Assembly: GCF_963921235.1 (NCBI RefSeq)
Contig: NC_086097.1
Coordinates: forward strand, 224,380,001-224,444,000
Direction: 5' to 3'
DNA: 64,000 nucleotides
From: Mobula hypostoma
Taxonomy: Eukaryota
A program made the position numbers and the translations under genes. The notes under the pieces were generated by a model, which was not told the origin of the DNA, searched no databases, and worked only from the letters and a program-made list of their open reading frames with translations. How positions within the stretch are numbered: the stretch's first letter is position 1; every line of letters begins with the position of its first letter. This document shows, piece after piece, positions 1 through 12,600 of this stretch.

Positions 1-2078
1 GTCCATCTGGGGAATTGCAAAGGATCCCAGCCCAGCTCGGTCTCGTGTGACCACTCCAACCAGCCTCCTGTGACGCAGCCTTGCCTCTGCCTCCTGAACA
101 GCTTCCTCTGCCCTCCACTTCCTGCCGGTACTTACTTGGATCCCTGCTCAAGCCACCTTCAGGTCACTTGAGTCCCTATACTGTAGCACTTCTCTGGCTC
201 TTGTTACCCTGAATTCTTCCTCCAAGGATTTGAAGGGCAGTTGCAGTTTGTTGTGGTGTCCATAGAGTGCGATGCTGCTCAGGATCATTGGCAGCCCCAG
301 CCATCTCCTGAGGTGGTTGTTAGCCCTCCACTCTAAGGTTTTGACTGTCAAGATCGGAACTTCATAGACGAGGAGGGGCCACAGGATTCTGGAAAGAATG
401 CCATGCTGATACACCCAGGCTTTAAACTTCCCAGGTAGGCCAGATTTGTCCACAGATTTCAGCCAGCCATCCAACTCGGTGCAGGTTGCCTGAATGGATG
501 TCGTGTCCCTTAAAGAGTTGTCAAAAACCTTGCCTAAGCTCTCGACTGGTTTTTCTGTGATGGTTGGGATGGCTGTGCCTGTGATGCTGAACCGGAACTT
601 GTTCTCCACCTTCCCTTTCCTCAGCACCATCGATCTTGATTTGGCAGGTTTGAAACGCATCCGGGCCCACTCCACCAGCTTTTCGAGCCCCTGCAGAATC
701 CACCGGCAGCCTGGGACTGATTCTGTGGTGACTGTGAGGTCATCCATGAATGCACTGATAGGTGGCTGTTGTTGAGCGGAATTCATTCTGGGCCCTCTGC
801 ACTCTGGCTCAGCAGACTTAGTGAGCATGTTCATGGCTAGGGAGAACAGTGTCACTGAGATAGTGCACCCTGTGATGATGCCGATCTCCACCTTGTGCCA
901 GGCTGATGTAATTACTCCTGAAGAGACCCTCATCCTGAAGTTGCTGTAATAATCAGTGATAACGTCTCTGATTCTGCTGGGAATGTGATATTTTGTCAGT
1001 GTGAGCTGCCCCAGCTTGTGTAGAATGGAGCCATATGCATTTGCCATGTCGAGCCACAACACTGACACGTTGCCCTTGTTCTCTCTGGCCTCCCTGATGA
1101 GCTGTGTCACCACATCTGTATGCTCCAACCTTCTGAAAAGCCACCCTTCTGGACTGATGTATCAATATAAGTGTTCTTTGCTTGGTAGGTGCACAGCCGA
1201 TTGGAAATGGCACTGAAGAAGATCTTCGCCTCGACACACAGCAGGGAGATGATGCGAAACTGATCTATCTGGGTGGCATTTCCCTCCTTCGGGATCCACA
1301 CCCCTTCAGGCACTCTCCACTGTTCTGGGATCTTCCCCCTTCTCCAGAGGATTCTCAGGATCTTCCACAGACGCAGCAGGAGCTTGGGGCAGTTCTTGTA
1401 CACTTTGTACGAGGTGTTGCTTGGTCCTGGAGCCGAGCTTGCCCTTGCTTTGTGGACGACCTCTCTGACTTCCATCAGCTGCAGCTCTGACACGTTGAAC
1501 TGCACATCCGGTTCAGGTGGGTCTGTTAGGATGTCGCACTCTCCCAACTCCTGCTCTCTTTCAGGATCATTATATATCTTCTTCAGATGTTGGTCTATGT
1601 CTTCCTGTGAACAGGTCAGTTTCTCCACTGCGCTTCTCCCCCAGCAGCTCCTTGGTGAACTTGAAGGCGTTGGCGATAAAGGCAGCACGTTTTCGGGCCC
1701 TTTCACAACACCGCCTCCGATGCCACTCTGCCCGGCGGAGGACCCTGATCTTCTTTCGTAGTATGCACATCAGCTGAGTCAAACCAATGCCCTCCTCTTC
1801 TCCTGCTTCCTTGTGTTGGGACTTCAGCGCTTTCATCTCCTGCCTGATGTTGTGGATCCTCAAAACTCTTTGGTTCTTCAAGTAAGGTGTTTTGGAACCT
1901 TTCTTCTCCTCTCCTCCGAACTGTTCAGCTGCGATGCTGACAATGATTGTTGTTGTAGCTTGCAGCTCCCTATCGACCCCTCCCTTTGCCGTTACCTCCA
2001 GAATTTGGTTGACATCTTCAACTAACTGCTTCCGTAGTGAAGTCATGTTAGCTGCAGGCTATTTGATCCGCCTCCTGT
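1..2078 (-). mobile_element. HERO-type (R2-group, RLE-type) non-LTR retrotransposon; 5'-truncated and frameshifted RT region that runs off the left edge
   Basis: Minus-strand ORFs 1570-2046, 1107-1706 and 148-1128 join into one RT: SAPGPS, FRIISLL, WLDMANAYGS, GIITGCTIS, AFMDDL, YQHGILSRILWPLLVYEV. Confidence 0.8.
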
Positions 2079-3921
2079 TAGACTATCCAACGATCAATGC
2101 CTCTCATCATCTTGTACACCTCTATCAGGTCACCTCTCACCCTCTGTTACTTCAAGGAGAAAAGGCCAAGTTCACTCAACCTATTCTCATAAGGCATGCT
2201 TCCCTATCCAGGCAACATCCTTGTAAATCTCCTCCGCACCCTTTCTATTGTTTCCACATCCTTCCTGTAGTGAGGTGACTAGAACTGAGCACAGTACTCC
2301 AAGTGAGGTCTGACCAGGGTCCTATATAGCTGCAACATTACCTCTTGGCTCTTAAAGTCAATCCCACGACCGATGAAGGCCAATGCACTGTATGCCTTCT
2401 TAACCAGAGTCAACCTGCACAGCAGCTTTGAGTGTCCTATAGACTTGGACCCCAAGATCCCTCTGAATCTCCACACTGCTAAGAGTCTTGCCATTAATGC
2501 TATATTCTGCAATCATATTTGACCTACCAAAATGAACCACCTCACACTTATCTGGGTGAACTCTGGGTCCCTGAACAGCTCCCCGAGGCACACCACTGGT
2601 CACCGACCTCCATGCAGAATATGCCCCATCTACAACCACTTTTTGTTTTCTGTGTGAAACCCAGTTCTGGATCCACAAAGCAATGTCCCCTTGGATCCCA
2701 TACCTCCTTACTTTTGTAATAAGCCTTGCATGGGGTACCTTATCAAATGCCTTGCTGAAATCCATGTACTTTGCATCTACGGCTCTTCCTTCATCAATGT
2801 GTTTCGTCACATCCTCAAAAAATTCACTCAGGCTTGCAAGGCACGACCTGCCCTTGACAAAGCCATGCTGACTATTCCTAATCGTATCATGCCTCTCCAA
2901 ATATTCTTAAATCCTGCCTCTCAGGATCTTCTCCATCAACTTACGAACCACTGAAGTAAGACTCACTGGTCTATAATTACCTGGGCTATCTCTACTCCCT
3001 TTTTTGAATACAGGAACAACATCCGCAACCCTCCAATCTTCCGGAACCTCTCCCATCCTCATTGATGATACAAAGATCATTGCCAGAGGCTCAGCAATCT
3101 CTTACCTCGCTTCCCACAGTAGCTTGGGGTACATCCCTTCCAGTCCTGATGACTTATCCAACTTGATGCTTTCCAAAAGCTGCAGCACATCCTCTTCCTT
3201 AATATCTATATTCTTAAGCTTTTCAGTCCACTGTAAGTCATCCCTACAATCACCAAGATCCTTTTCGATAGTGAATGCTGAAGCCAAGTATTCATTATGT
3301 ACCTCTGCTATCTCCTCCAGTTCCATACACACTTTTCCACTGTCACACTTGATTGGTCCTATTGTCTCACTTCTTATCCTCTTGCTCTTCATGTACTTGT
3401 AGAATGCCTTGGGGTTTTTCTTAATCCTGTCTACCAAGGCCTTCTCATGGCCCCTTCTGGCTCTCCTAATTTCATTCTTAAATTCCTTCCTGCTAGCCTT
3501 ATAACCTTCTAGATCTCTATCATTACCTAGGATTTTGAACCTTTTGTAAGCTTTCCTTTTTTTCTTGACTAGATTTACAACAGCCTTTGTACACCACGGT
3601 TCCTGTACCCTACCATCCTTTTCCTGTCTCATTAGAACGTACCTATGCAAATACCCCCTGAACATTTGCCACATTTCTTCCTCACGTTCCCCCGAGAGCA
3701 TCTGTTCCCAATTTACGCTTCCAAGTTCCTGCCTGATAGCCTCATAGCTCCCCTTACTCCAACTAAACATTTCCCTAACTTGTCTGTTCCTGTCCCTCTC
3801 CAATGCTATGGTAAAGGAGTCAGAATTGTGATCACTATCTCCAAAATGCTCTTCCTCTGAGAGACCTGACACCTGACCAGGTTCATTTCCCAATACCAGA
3901 TCAAGTTCAGCCTCTCCTCTG
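2079..3921 (-). mobile_element. CR1 LINE ORF2 fragment, degenerate, with an internal deletion near 2560
   Basis: ORFs 3102-3893, 2400-2900 and 2279-2512: HFGDSDHN, SQHGFVKGRSCL, YMDFSKAFDKVPH, LVRPHLEYCAQF. Confidence 0.92.
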
Positions 3922-4649
3922 GATAGTCAGGATAGTCAATATAACATAGAAATACAGCTGTGTCAGCATGAGTTAAGCAGTGCATTTACTATCAAAGAAT
4001 GTATAAATTATACAATCTTGAGATTTGTTTGCTTACAAGCTGTCGCAAAGCAAGGAACCCGCAAGAACCCAATTAAAAATAAGACCAACCCTCCCACCAT
4101 GTCCACAGAGAAAGAGAAAAAAAACACAAAATAAATACAGTAATATAAACTATAGAAGCAAGCAACAACAGCATTCTGAATCAAATTGAGTCCTTCGATG
4201 CAAATCGCCCAGGCAGCCCAGAATAGGCCCAAAGCCTCGGTATTCAGATTATCATATTAGGGGTGCAAATCTCCACAATGTTCGCAGACACAAAGTACCA
4301 CAGCCGGGGGCAGTCTCACAGCCTTAAGGTCGTGGAGAGTGAAGCCTCTGGACCATGTGGGCCGGCGTTTAAATTGTAAATTAAATTAAAAAGATAAAGT
4401 GTTAAATTTTCCAAATGAATTAAGGTGCATTCATTAAAAGTTTACCACAGAAAATGATGATATTATTATTTAAAATGGTGTATTTTCTTCTTGTCTATGT
4501 GAGTGAGAAAGGTAATTTATTTTGTACTGTCAATTCTTATTGGTTGTAATATTATAGAACAATGCCCTGATTTTTGGATAATATGCATCACTTTCTCCTC
4601 TACATTGTGTACTCAGTGGATTGTTCATTATTTTTGTTATTATTCATTA

Positions 4650-4882
4650 TCAGAATACAGCATGGTTGCAGGCCCTTCAGGTCAACTAATCCCATGACAC
4701 CCAATTACACCCATGTGACCAATTAACCTTACGTCCTTGGAATGGGGGATGAAACTGGAGCACCCAGAGGAAGCCTGTAGGGTCAAGGGGAGAATGTACA
4801 AACTCCTTTCAGACAGTGACAGCATTGAACCGGGGTCAATGATGCGGTAATAACATTACACTAACTACTATGCGACCGTGTT
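4650..4882 (-). mobile_element. tRNA-derived (V-SINE-like) SINE
   Basis: The reverse strand has an A-box-like GCATAGTAGTTAG, a B-box GGTTCAATGC and the TGCTCCAGTTTC body shared with other SINE copies here. Confidence 0.65.
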
Positions 4883-5149
4883 GGTGCAAATCTGAAAAGA
4901 GATCTGCTATGGAATGTATAGATTTCAATACAAAAGAGATGAAAAGCTTAGACAAAATGTGAGTGTTTTTTTTCCAACAGCTCTTCATTGTCTACCTTCG
5001 TAACTTGCTATGTTGTGATATGCTGGTCACATGTCACAATACTTAAAAGAGGGGCAGCTCTAAAATAGTGATCAGCACACACACACACATATATATCTAT
5101 AGATGATTTTGCTCTCATTTGAATTGATTTGAATATACTTTTTACCAAT

Positions 5150-5318
5150 TTAACCACTTTTTAGATCACTTTGTAGAGATCGGTTTTCTCTTTGACACAA
5201 AAGGATCTTTTTCTGTTGATCAGTGTCAAAAAAAAGCCAAATAAAAACCACTGTGATTCAATGTAGTAAAACAATAAAACATGAAAACTTCCAAGGGGGT
5301 GAATACTTTTTATAGGCA
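5150..5318 (+). mobile_element. Tc1/mariner terminal (TIR-side) fragment
   Basis: Ends in AAGGGGGTGAATACTTTTTATAGGCA, resembling Tc1-type termini. No transposase is present. Confidence 0.6.
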
Positions 5319-5399
5319 TGATAATTTCTGGACCCCTCTAGCTTTACCATCTTCTCATATCCCATTCCCTGATCTTCAGACCTGAGGTCTCAGTATTGC

Positions 5400-5806
5400 A
5401 CTGAATTGAATTGACTTTGTTACTTATATCCTTCATATACAAGAGGAGTAAAAATCTTTACATTGCACCTCCATCTAAATGTGCAATGTGCAATTTATAG
5501 TAACTTATAATAAATAATATGTACAACAGGACAGTCAATATAACATAGAAATACCATTGTGTCAGCATGAATTATTCAGTCTGATAGCCTGGTGGAAGAA
5601 GCTGTCTTGGAGCTTGTTGGTCTTGGCTTTTATGCAGCGGTACCGTTTCCCGGAAGGTAGCAGCTGGAACAGTTTGTGGTTGGGGTGACTTTGATCCCCA
5701 GTGATCCTTCGGCCCTTTTTACACAGCTATCTTTGTAAATGTCCTGAATAGTGGGAAGTTCACATCTACATCCGCACCACTTTCCGCAGAGCCCTGCGAT
5801 TGTGGG
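5400..5806 (-). mobile_element. Rex1/Babar-type LINE 3' fragment
   Basis: Minus-strand ELPTIQDIYKDSCVKRA..HKLFQLLPSGKRYR and a short-repeat (TTCAA) tail near 5403-5413. Confidence 0.7.
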
Positions 5807-6074
5807 ACGTACACAAATCATGTTATATGGGTTGCACCTTTTCTTCTTGCAGCTTGTGTTGTGATGCTTGCCCTGATTTACTCCTCCAACTTCTATTTGG
5901 CCTTATCATGGCAGTAGAGGAGGCCATGGACAGACATGTTGGTGTGGGAATGGGAAGTTTGAGGGTGTCTGATGTTTCAAGTTTACTCCAGCATTTCCTA
6001 CATTCTAGCAGTGACTACACTTTTCTTTAACACCACTGGCAGTGGGTGTGAATATTTCCCAGCAATTCAGGAGG

Positions 6075-6420
6075 CTACTTGGCCCATCACATCTCTGTTG
6101 GATCTGGAGTAAATCCTTCAATCCCATAATTCCCTCACCCCCTTACTTTCCCAGCAGCCTCTTCTGTCATACATGCCCATTGACACCCTCTTGATTCTCC
6201 TGCCATTCGCTTAGACCAGAGGATGTGGCAGGAAACTGGAGTACGTGGGACTTGCACACTGTCACAGGGAATACTTCCCATGATTGCCTATGTGACATGA
6301 CATGGCACATAACGAACTGACACAGGGAGTGCATGCAACATCCACACTGACAGATTCAGAGGGTCAGAGTACAAGTTGGGTCACTGGTGCAGTGAGACAG
6401 TTGCAGTGGCATTCCAACAG
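6075..6420 (-). mobile_element. Degenerate tRNA-derived SINE
   Basis: Body motif GGAAACTGGAGTAC resembles the other SINE copies. Confidence 0.45.
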
Positions 6421-6447
6421 CATGTCCTGAGGTTGCGAGGCAGAAAC

Positions 6448-7250
6448 ACATGAGATTCTGCATCGGCTGGAAATCCTGAGCAACGTGCACAAAACACTGG
6501 AAGAACTCAGCAGGTCAGGGCATCGATGGAGGGGAATATACATTTTTATAATCTTTTTTATTAATTATTATTAAAGATGAACAAAAAATACATTAAGATA
6601 ATCAAGTCAATATGTCAATATGTACAATAAAGAATTCATTAGCAAATAACTGATTAACAAAGCTAAGCAATATATCAATAATAATAAGAAAAAATAAAGT
6701 GTTAAGAATATTTTTTTTGAAGTAAAAAAGAGAGGGAAAAAAGAACCCCCACTAACTAAGAAAAAAAACTCTACTAACCAAAAAAAACCGACAAAAAACC
6801 CTATTGGGAGCACAACCCCAGAGCTATACGTCATACAAGCTTCCATAAAAGAAAAACATCAATCTGCCAACTCAAATCCATTTAAGCAAAAATCAGAAGG
6901 AAACCATATTAATTAACTCAAATCAGATGATAATAGCAGGCAAAAGAACCCCACCTTTTCTCTAAATCAAATCAAGGATCAAAAGTTCGACTTGTGATTT
7001 CTCCAAGCTAATACACAGCATCACCTGAGAGAACCATTGTATCAAAGTAGGAGCAGAGGCATCTTTCCATTTCAACAAAATAGCCCTTCTGACCAATAAT
7101 GTAGTGAATGCCGAGGGGAATAAACAGTTGATGTTTTGGGCCAAGGCATTTCATCCGGACTGGGAAGGGCCACAGCTCAAAATGTTAACTGTTATTCCCC
7201 TCCATAGGTGCTGCCTGACCTGCTGTGTTCCTCTAGCACTTTGTGTGCAT
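6448..7250. mobile_element. Short fold-back PLE pseudo-LTR remnant, split by an L1 insertion
   Basis: 6448-6542 plus 7113-7160 form a minus-strand pLTR. 7165-7250 is its inverted copy. Confidence 0.7.
6543..7112 (-). mobile_element. L1-type LINE, 5'-truncated (ORF2 C-terminus, 3' UTR and A-rich tail)
   Basis: AFTTLLVRRAILLKWKDASAPTLIQW..LEK. T-rich tail from 6543. TSD GAGGGGAATA(T/A)ACA at 6529-6542 and 7113-7126. Confidence 0.8.
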
Positions 7251-7449
7251 TATAATACAAGGCCTTTATGTAGCAGTGAATGGATTTGTAAACAGTGGAT
7301 TTGAAATTAAATGCACATGAAACAACATATCCAATCCTCACAACTTCTATCATCAGGAGAACAAGGCAGCAGGTGTATGGAGCATCATCCACCTGCAGTT
7401 TCCTCTGTCAGTCACACACACCCTGAGGTGGAAATCTATCTCAGTGCAT

Positions 7450-8289
7450 ACAACAGGAATTCTGCAGATGCTGGAAATTCAAGCAACACACATCAAAGTT
7501 GCCGGTGAACGCAGCAGGCCAAGCAGCATCTGTAGGAAGAGGTGCAGTCGACGTTTCAGGCCGAGACCCTTCGTCAGGACTAACTGAAGGAAGAGTGAGT
7601 AAGGGATTTGAAAGTTGGAGGGGGAGGGGGAGATCCAAAATGATAGGAGAAGACAGGAGGGGGAGGGATAGAGCCAAGAGCTGGACAGATGATTGGCAAA
7701 AGGGGATACGAGAGGATCATGGGACAGGAGGTCTGGGAAGAAAGACAAGGGGGGGGGGACCCAGAAGATGGGCAAGAGGTATATTCAGAGGGACAGAGGG
7801 AGAAAAAGGAGAGTGAGAGAAAGAATGTGTGCATAAAAATAAGTAACAGATGGGGTATGAGGGGGAGGTGGGGCCTAGCGGAAGTTAGAGAAGTCAATGT
7901 TCATGCCATCAGGTTGGAGGCTACCCAGACGGAATATAAGGTGTTGTTCCTCCAACCTGAGTGTGGCTTCATCTTTACAGTAGAGGAGGCCGTGGATAGA
8001 CATGTCAGAATGGGAATGGGATGTGGAATTAAAATGTGTGGCCACTGGGAGATCCTGCTTTCTCTGGCGGACAGAGCATAGATGTTCAGCAAAGCGGTCT
8101 CCCAGTCTGCGTCGGGTCTCGCCAATATATAAAAGGCCACATCGGGAGCACCGGACGCAGTATATCACCCCAGTCGACTCACAGGTGAAGTGTTGCCTCA
8201 CCTGGAAGGACTGTTTGGGGCCCTGAATGGTGGTAAGGGAGGAAGTGTAAGGGCATGTGTAGCACTTGTTCCGCTTACACGGATAAGTG
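7450..8289 (-). mobile_element. Penelope-like element (Neptune-like), 5'-truncated: GIY-YIG endonuclease plus pseudo-LTR
   Basis: ORF 7875-8201 GVIYCVRCSRCGLLYIGET..RFAEH..HF..E..LQPDGMN. TSD TCTCAGTGCAT at 7439-7449 and 8299-8309. Confidence 0.92.
7546..7581 (-). ncRNA. Minimal type I hammerhead ribozyme motif in the PLE pLTR (intact core)
   Basis: Minus strand reads AGTC-CTGACGA-AGGgtctcggCCT-GAAA-C-GTC-GACT. Confidence 0.8.
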
Positions 8290-8699
8290 GATCATTGTTC
8301 TCAGTGCATCATTGTTTTGGGTCCTAAACCCTGGACTCTCTGCTGAATTATTTTCTGAAGCATTATCACAGGAGGATTACCACAGTTCAGAAGGTGGCTC
8401 ACTGTTGCCTCCTCAAGGAAGATTAAAGATGTGCTTTGAATGCTAGCTTCCAGTAATACCCACATCATGAGGAAGGAATAAGCAAGTGTGCTAACTCCGT
8501 GCTGCATGAGACATCTGCACCAGTTGTTTTTGTTTCATTATGGTACAAGCTCAAGCCAGGACCAGGTGTCTTGAGGGATATGGATCATGGTGATATCCTT
8601 TTACTGGATAAGTCATTTCAGGAGCTGCGCACACCAGCTGAAACTGGTACAGCTGCACCTCAGGGTGAGCTCAGAATTCAGCCATTGACGTAAATCAAT

Positions 8700-9115
8700 A
8701 TCAGGATCCATTTTATTATCACTGACTTAAATGATGTGGAAGTTTTTGTTTCACAGCAGTACAGCGCAAATTCATCAAATTAATATAAATTAGCAAATAA
8801 ATAAAATAGTGCAAAAAGGAGTAAAGAGGTAGTGCTCATGGACCATTCTGAAGTCAGATAGCAGAGCGGAGGAACCTGTTCCTGAATCATTAAGTGTGGG
8901 TCTTTAGTACCTCCTTCCCAAAGGTAGTAATGAGAAGAGGGCATGTCCCAGATGATGAGGGTCGATAATCTTGAAGATATCCTTAATGGTGGATAGCGTG
9001 CCTGAATCTATGGTTCTTGCAGTGTTATGCATTGCATCCTTCATACCAGGCTGTCTTGCAACCAATCAGAATGCTCTCCACCATACATCTATAGAAATTT
9101 TTAGGAGTCCTTAGT
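8700..9115 (-). mobile_element. Rex1-type LINE 3' fragment, degenerate
   Basis: Similar to other Rex1-type 3' ends in the window (CATACCAGGCTGT..GCAACCAATCAGAATGCTCTCCAC). Confidence 0.55.
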
Positions 9116-9639
9116 AACATCACTGTGTTTCTTCGAGGGCACTGACAACAAAGCTGATACCACATAACCAGGCATGGGCATCATGTTTCATTGATTCTAA
9201 TCTTGAAATCCCAACAGAAGAGGTCGACAGCTAGCCAGAGACACTACACACTAGGGATGATAGGGAATTACCAAAAGTAGGGGAGAATGTTAGAGGGAAA
9301 AAATGCCTAAGAACCTGGTGCCAGTTCTAGAAAAATGTTTAATGATATCACACATCTGGTCAAGGTTAGTGGAACCTGCTGGTAATACCATCTACTGGCT
9401 TTGGTTTCTTGCAGATTTTGTCAAGACAGAGAGAATCCTGCAATGTGTGTGGAAACTGTGTAGACTTTTGCTGGATAACCAAATGTGTGTAGAAGCTTTG
9501 GGATGTGTGTGGAATTTTTGGACTAGTGGTAAGTATCTGACAGTGAGTTGTCTGTAGACGGGCAAGGGAACTGATGGCTTTACCTCTTTGATGTTTAGAA
9601 CACTCACAGAATTATGCTGCTTCACACTTCTTAATGGCT

Positions 9640-12600
9640 GACCAGTCAAGGTCGCCTCTTGACAACTTGTAGAGTTGTCATTTGTTCTGGTTGTTTCATC
9701 AAGGTCAAGTTTTCTGTCATATGCACAAAGACAGACGAGGCACATAATGATGATGATGATGCACAAATGCATGTGAAAATACAAAGCCTTGACTGGGACG
9801 TGTCCGTAGACAAAATCAACACAAACTGGAAATGGATTGCCTCAGTCTTCAAGGAGAGCTGCAAAACTTGTCTAGGACACAGAGCTGGAAAGAAGAACAA
9901 AGAATAGATACACCAAGAAACATGGACAGCCTTAGAAGAAAGACAGAAAATTAAGAAAAGTCAACACACCTTAAGGTAAAACTTCATCTAGTATACAATG
10001 AAGCTAACAAGGAAGTGAAGAGGGTTGTAGGAAAGGATAAGGGAGTTGAAGAAGCAGCCAGTCGAGGTGACCAGGGATATATTTACAAGATTTCAAAATT
10101 CGTATGCGGAATATTCCAGCCCAGATCCAATGGTCCTGTGAGAGATAAGAACGGTAAACTTTTGACAATACGCGGAGAAAAAAGTCAATACGCCGAGAAA
10201 AAAATGAGGTACGAAGGTAAACTAGCCAAGAATATAAAGGAGGATAGTAAAAGCTTCTTTAGGTATGTGAAAAGGAAAAAAACAGTTAAGACCAAAACTG
10301 GGCCCTTGATGACAGAAACAGGTGAATTTATTATGGGGAACAAGGAAATGGCAGACGAGTTGAACAGGTACTTTGGATCTGTCTTCACTAGGGAAGACAC
10401 AAACAATCTCCCAGATATAATAGTGGCTAAAGGACCTAGGGTAATGGATGAACTGAAGGAAATTTATATTAGGCAGGAAATGGTGTTGGATAGGCTGTTG
10501 GGTCTGAAGGCTGATAAGTCCCCGGGACCTGATGGTCTGCATCCCAGGGTACTTAAGGAAGTGGCTTTAGAAATTGTGGACGCATTGGTAATCATTTTCC
10601 AATGTTCTATAGATTCAGGATCAGTTCCTGTGGATTGGAGGGTGGCTAATGTTGTCCCTCTTTTGAAGAAGGGAGGAAGAAAGAAAGCAAGGAACTATAG
10701 ACTGGTTAGCCTGACGTCGGTGGTGGGAAAGATGCTGGAGTCAATTATAAAAGATGAAATTACGACACATCTGGATAGCAGTAACAGGATCGGTCTGAGT
10801 CAGCATGGATTTACGAAGAGGAAATCGTGCTTGACTAATCTTCTGGAATTTTTTGGGGATGTAACTATGAAAATGGGCAAGGGAGAGCCAGTGGATGTAG
10901 TGTACCTGGACTTTCAGAAAGCCTTTGATAAAGTCCCACATAGGAGATTAGTGGGCAAAATTAAGGCACATGGTATTGGGGGCAGAGTACTGACATGGAT
11001 TGGCTGGCTGACAGAAAACAAAGAGTGGCGATTAACGGGTCCCTTTTGGAATGGCAGGAGGTGACCAGTGGGGCACCGCAGAGTTCAGTGCTGGGACCGC
11101 AGCTGTTTACAATATATATTAATGATTTAGATGAGGGAATTAAAAGTAACATTAGCAAATTTGCCGATGACACGAAGCTGGGTGGCAGTGTGAAATGTGA
11201 GAAGGATGTTATGAGAATGCAGGGTGACTTGGACAGGCTGGGTGAGTGGGCAGATGCATGGCAGATGCAGTTTAATGTGGATAAATGTGAGGTTATCCAC
11301 TTTGGTGGTAAGAACAGGAAGGCACATTATTATCTAAATGGAGTCAAGTTAGGAAAAGGGGAAGTACAATGTGATCTAGGTGTTCTTGTACATCAGTCAC
11401 TGAAAGCAAGCATGCAAGTACAGCAGGCAGTGAAGAAAGCTAATGGCATGCTGGCCTTCATAACGAGGGGAATTGAGTATAGGAGCAAAGAGGTCCTTCT
11501 GAAGCTGTACAGGGCCCTGGTGAGACCACACCTAGAGTACTGTGTGCAGTTTTGGTCTCCAAATTTGAGGAAGGACATTCTTGCTATTGAAGGAGTGCAG
11601 CATAGGTTCACAAAGTTAATTCCTGGGATGGCAGGACTGTCATATGTTGAAAGATTGGAGCGACTGGGCTTGTACACTCTGGAATTTAGAAGGCTGAGAG
11701 GGGATCTTATTGAAACATATAAGATTATTAAGGGATTGGACACGCTGGAAGCAGGAAGCATGTTCCCGCTGATGGGTGAGTCCAGAACCAGAGGCCACAG
11801 TTTAAGAATAAGGAGTAGGCCATTTAGAATGGAGTTGAGGAAAAATTTTTTCGCCCAGAGAGTGGTGGATGTATGGAATGCTCTGCCCCAGAAGGCTGTG
11901 GAGGCCAAGTCTCTGGATGCTTTCAAGAAAGAGATGGATAGAGCTCTTAAAGATAGCGGAATCAAAGGTTATAGGGATAAGGCAGGAACTGAATACTGAT
12001 TGTGGATGATCAGCCATGATCACAGTGAATGGCGGTGCTGGCTCGATGGGCTGAATGGCCTACTCCTGCACCTATTGTCTATTGTCTATTAACAACTGAG
12101 AAAGAGCATGAAGCACAATGGACAGAGTATTTTGGAGAATTACTGAATAGACCACTACTAGATGAAGAACATAACATACAAGAGGCAGGAGAGGATCTCA
12201 ACATCAGCAGATCCACCCAAGGAAGAAAGAGATTGCTGCTGCGATTAAATCACTAAGGAACAACAAAGCTCCAGGACATGACAATTTGAGCACCAGGTTG
12301 TTCAAAGCTGAATCAAAGGTTGCAGCAGCCATCCTGCAACCACTGTTTACAATAATCTGGGAACGGGGACATGTACCCAAGGAGTGGGCAAAGTGAGTCA
12401 TCGCTAGGATTCCAAGAAAGGAGCGCTAAGTGATTGCAACAACTGGTGTGGCATCACACTTTTGTCAATGCCCGATGTCAGTGTCCAGCATCAAAGAGTG
12501 CCTGAGGAAGGGCGAGCTGGCTTCAGGAAGAACGGAGGCTGTGTAGATTTTCATGCTGCGTAACATCAGAGAGTAGTGCACACAGTGGCAGAGACAACTG

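Noticed and set aside
4426..4505. Plus-strand exon-like segment AG|GTGCATTC..GTCTAT|GTGAGT
   Set aside because: The acceptor has no pyrimidine tract, the peptide is unrecognisable and no partner exons were found.
11393..11965. 190-aa minus-strand ORF and similar ORFs (1273-1761, 17292-18026, 38148-38537)
   Set aside because: These are antisense shadows of LINE RT coding sequence with no independent motifs.
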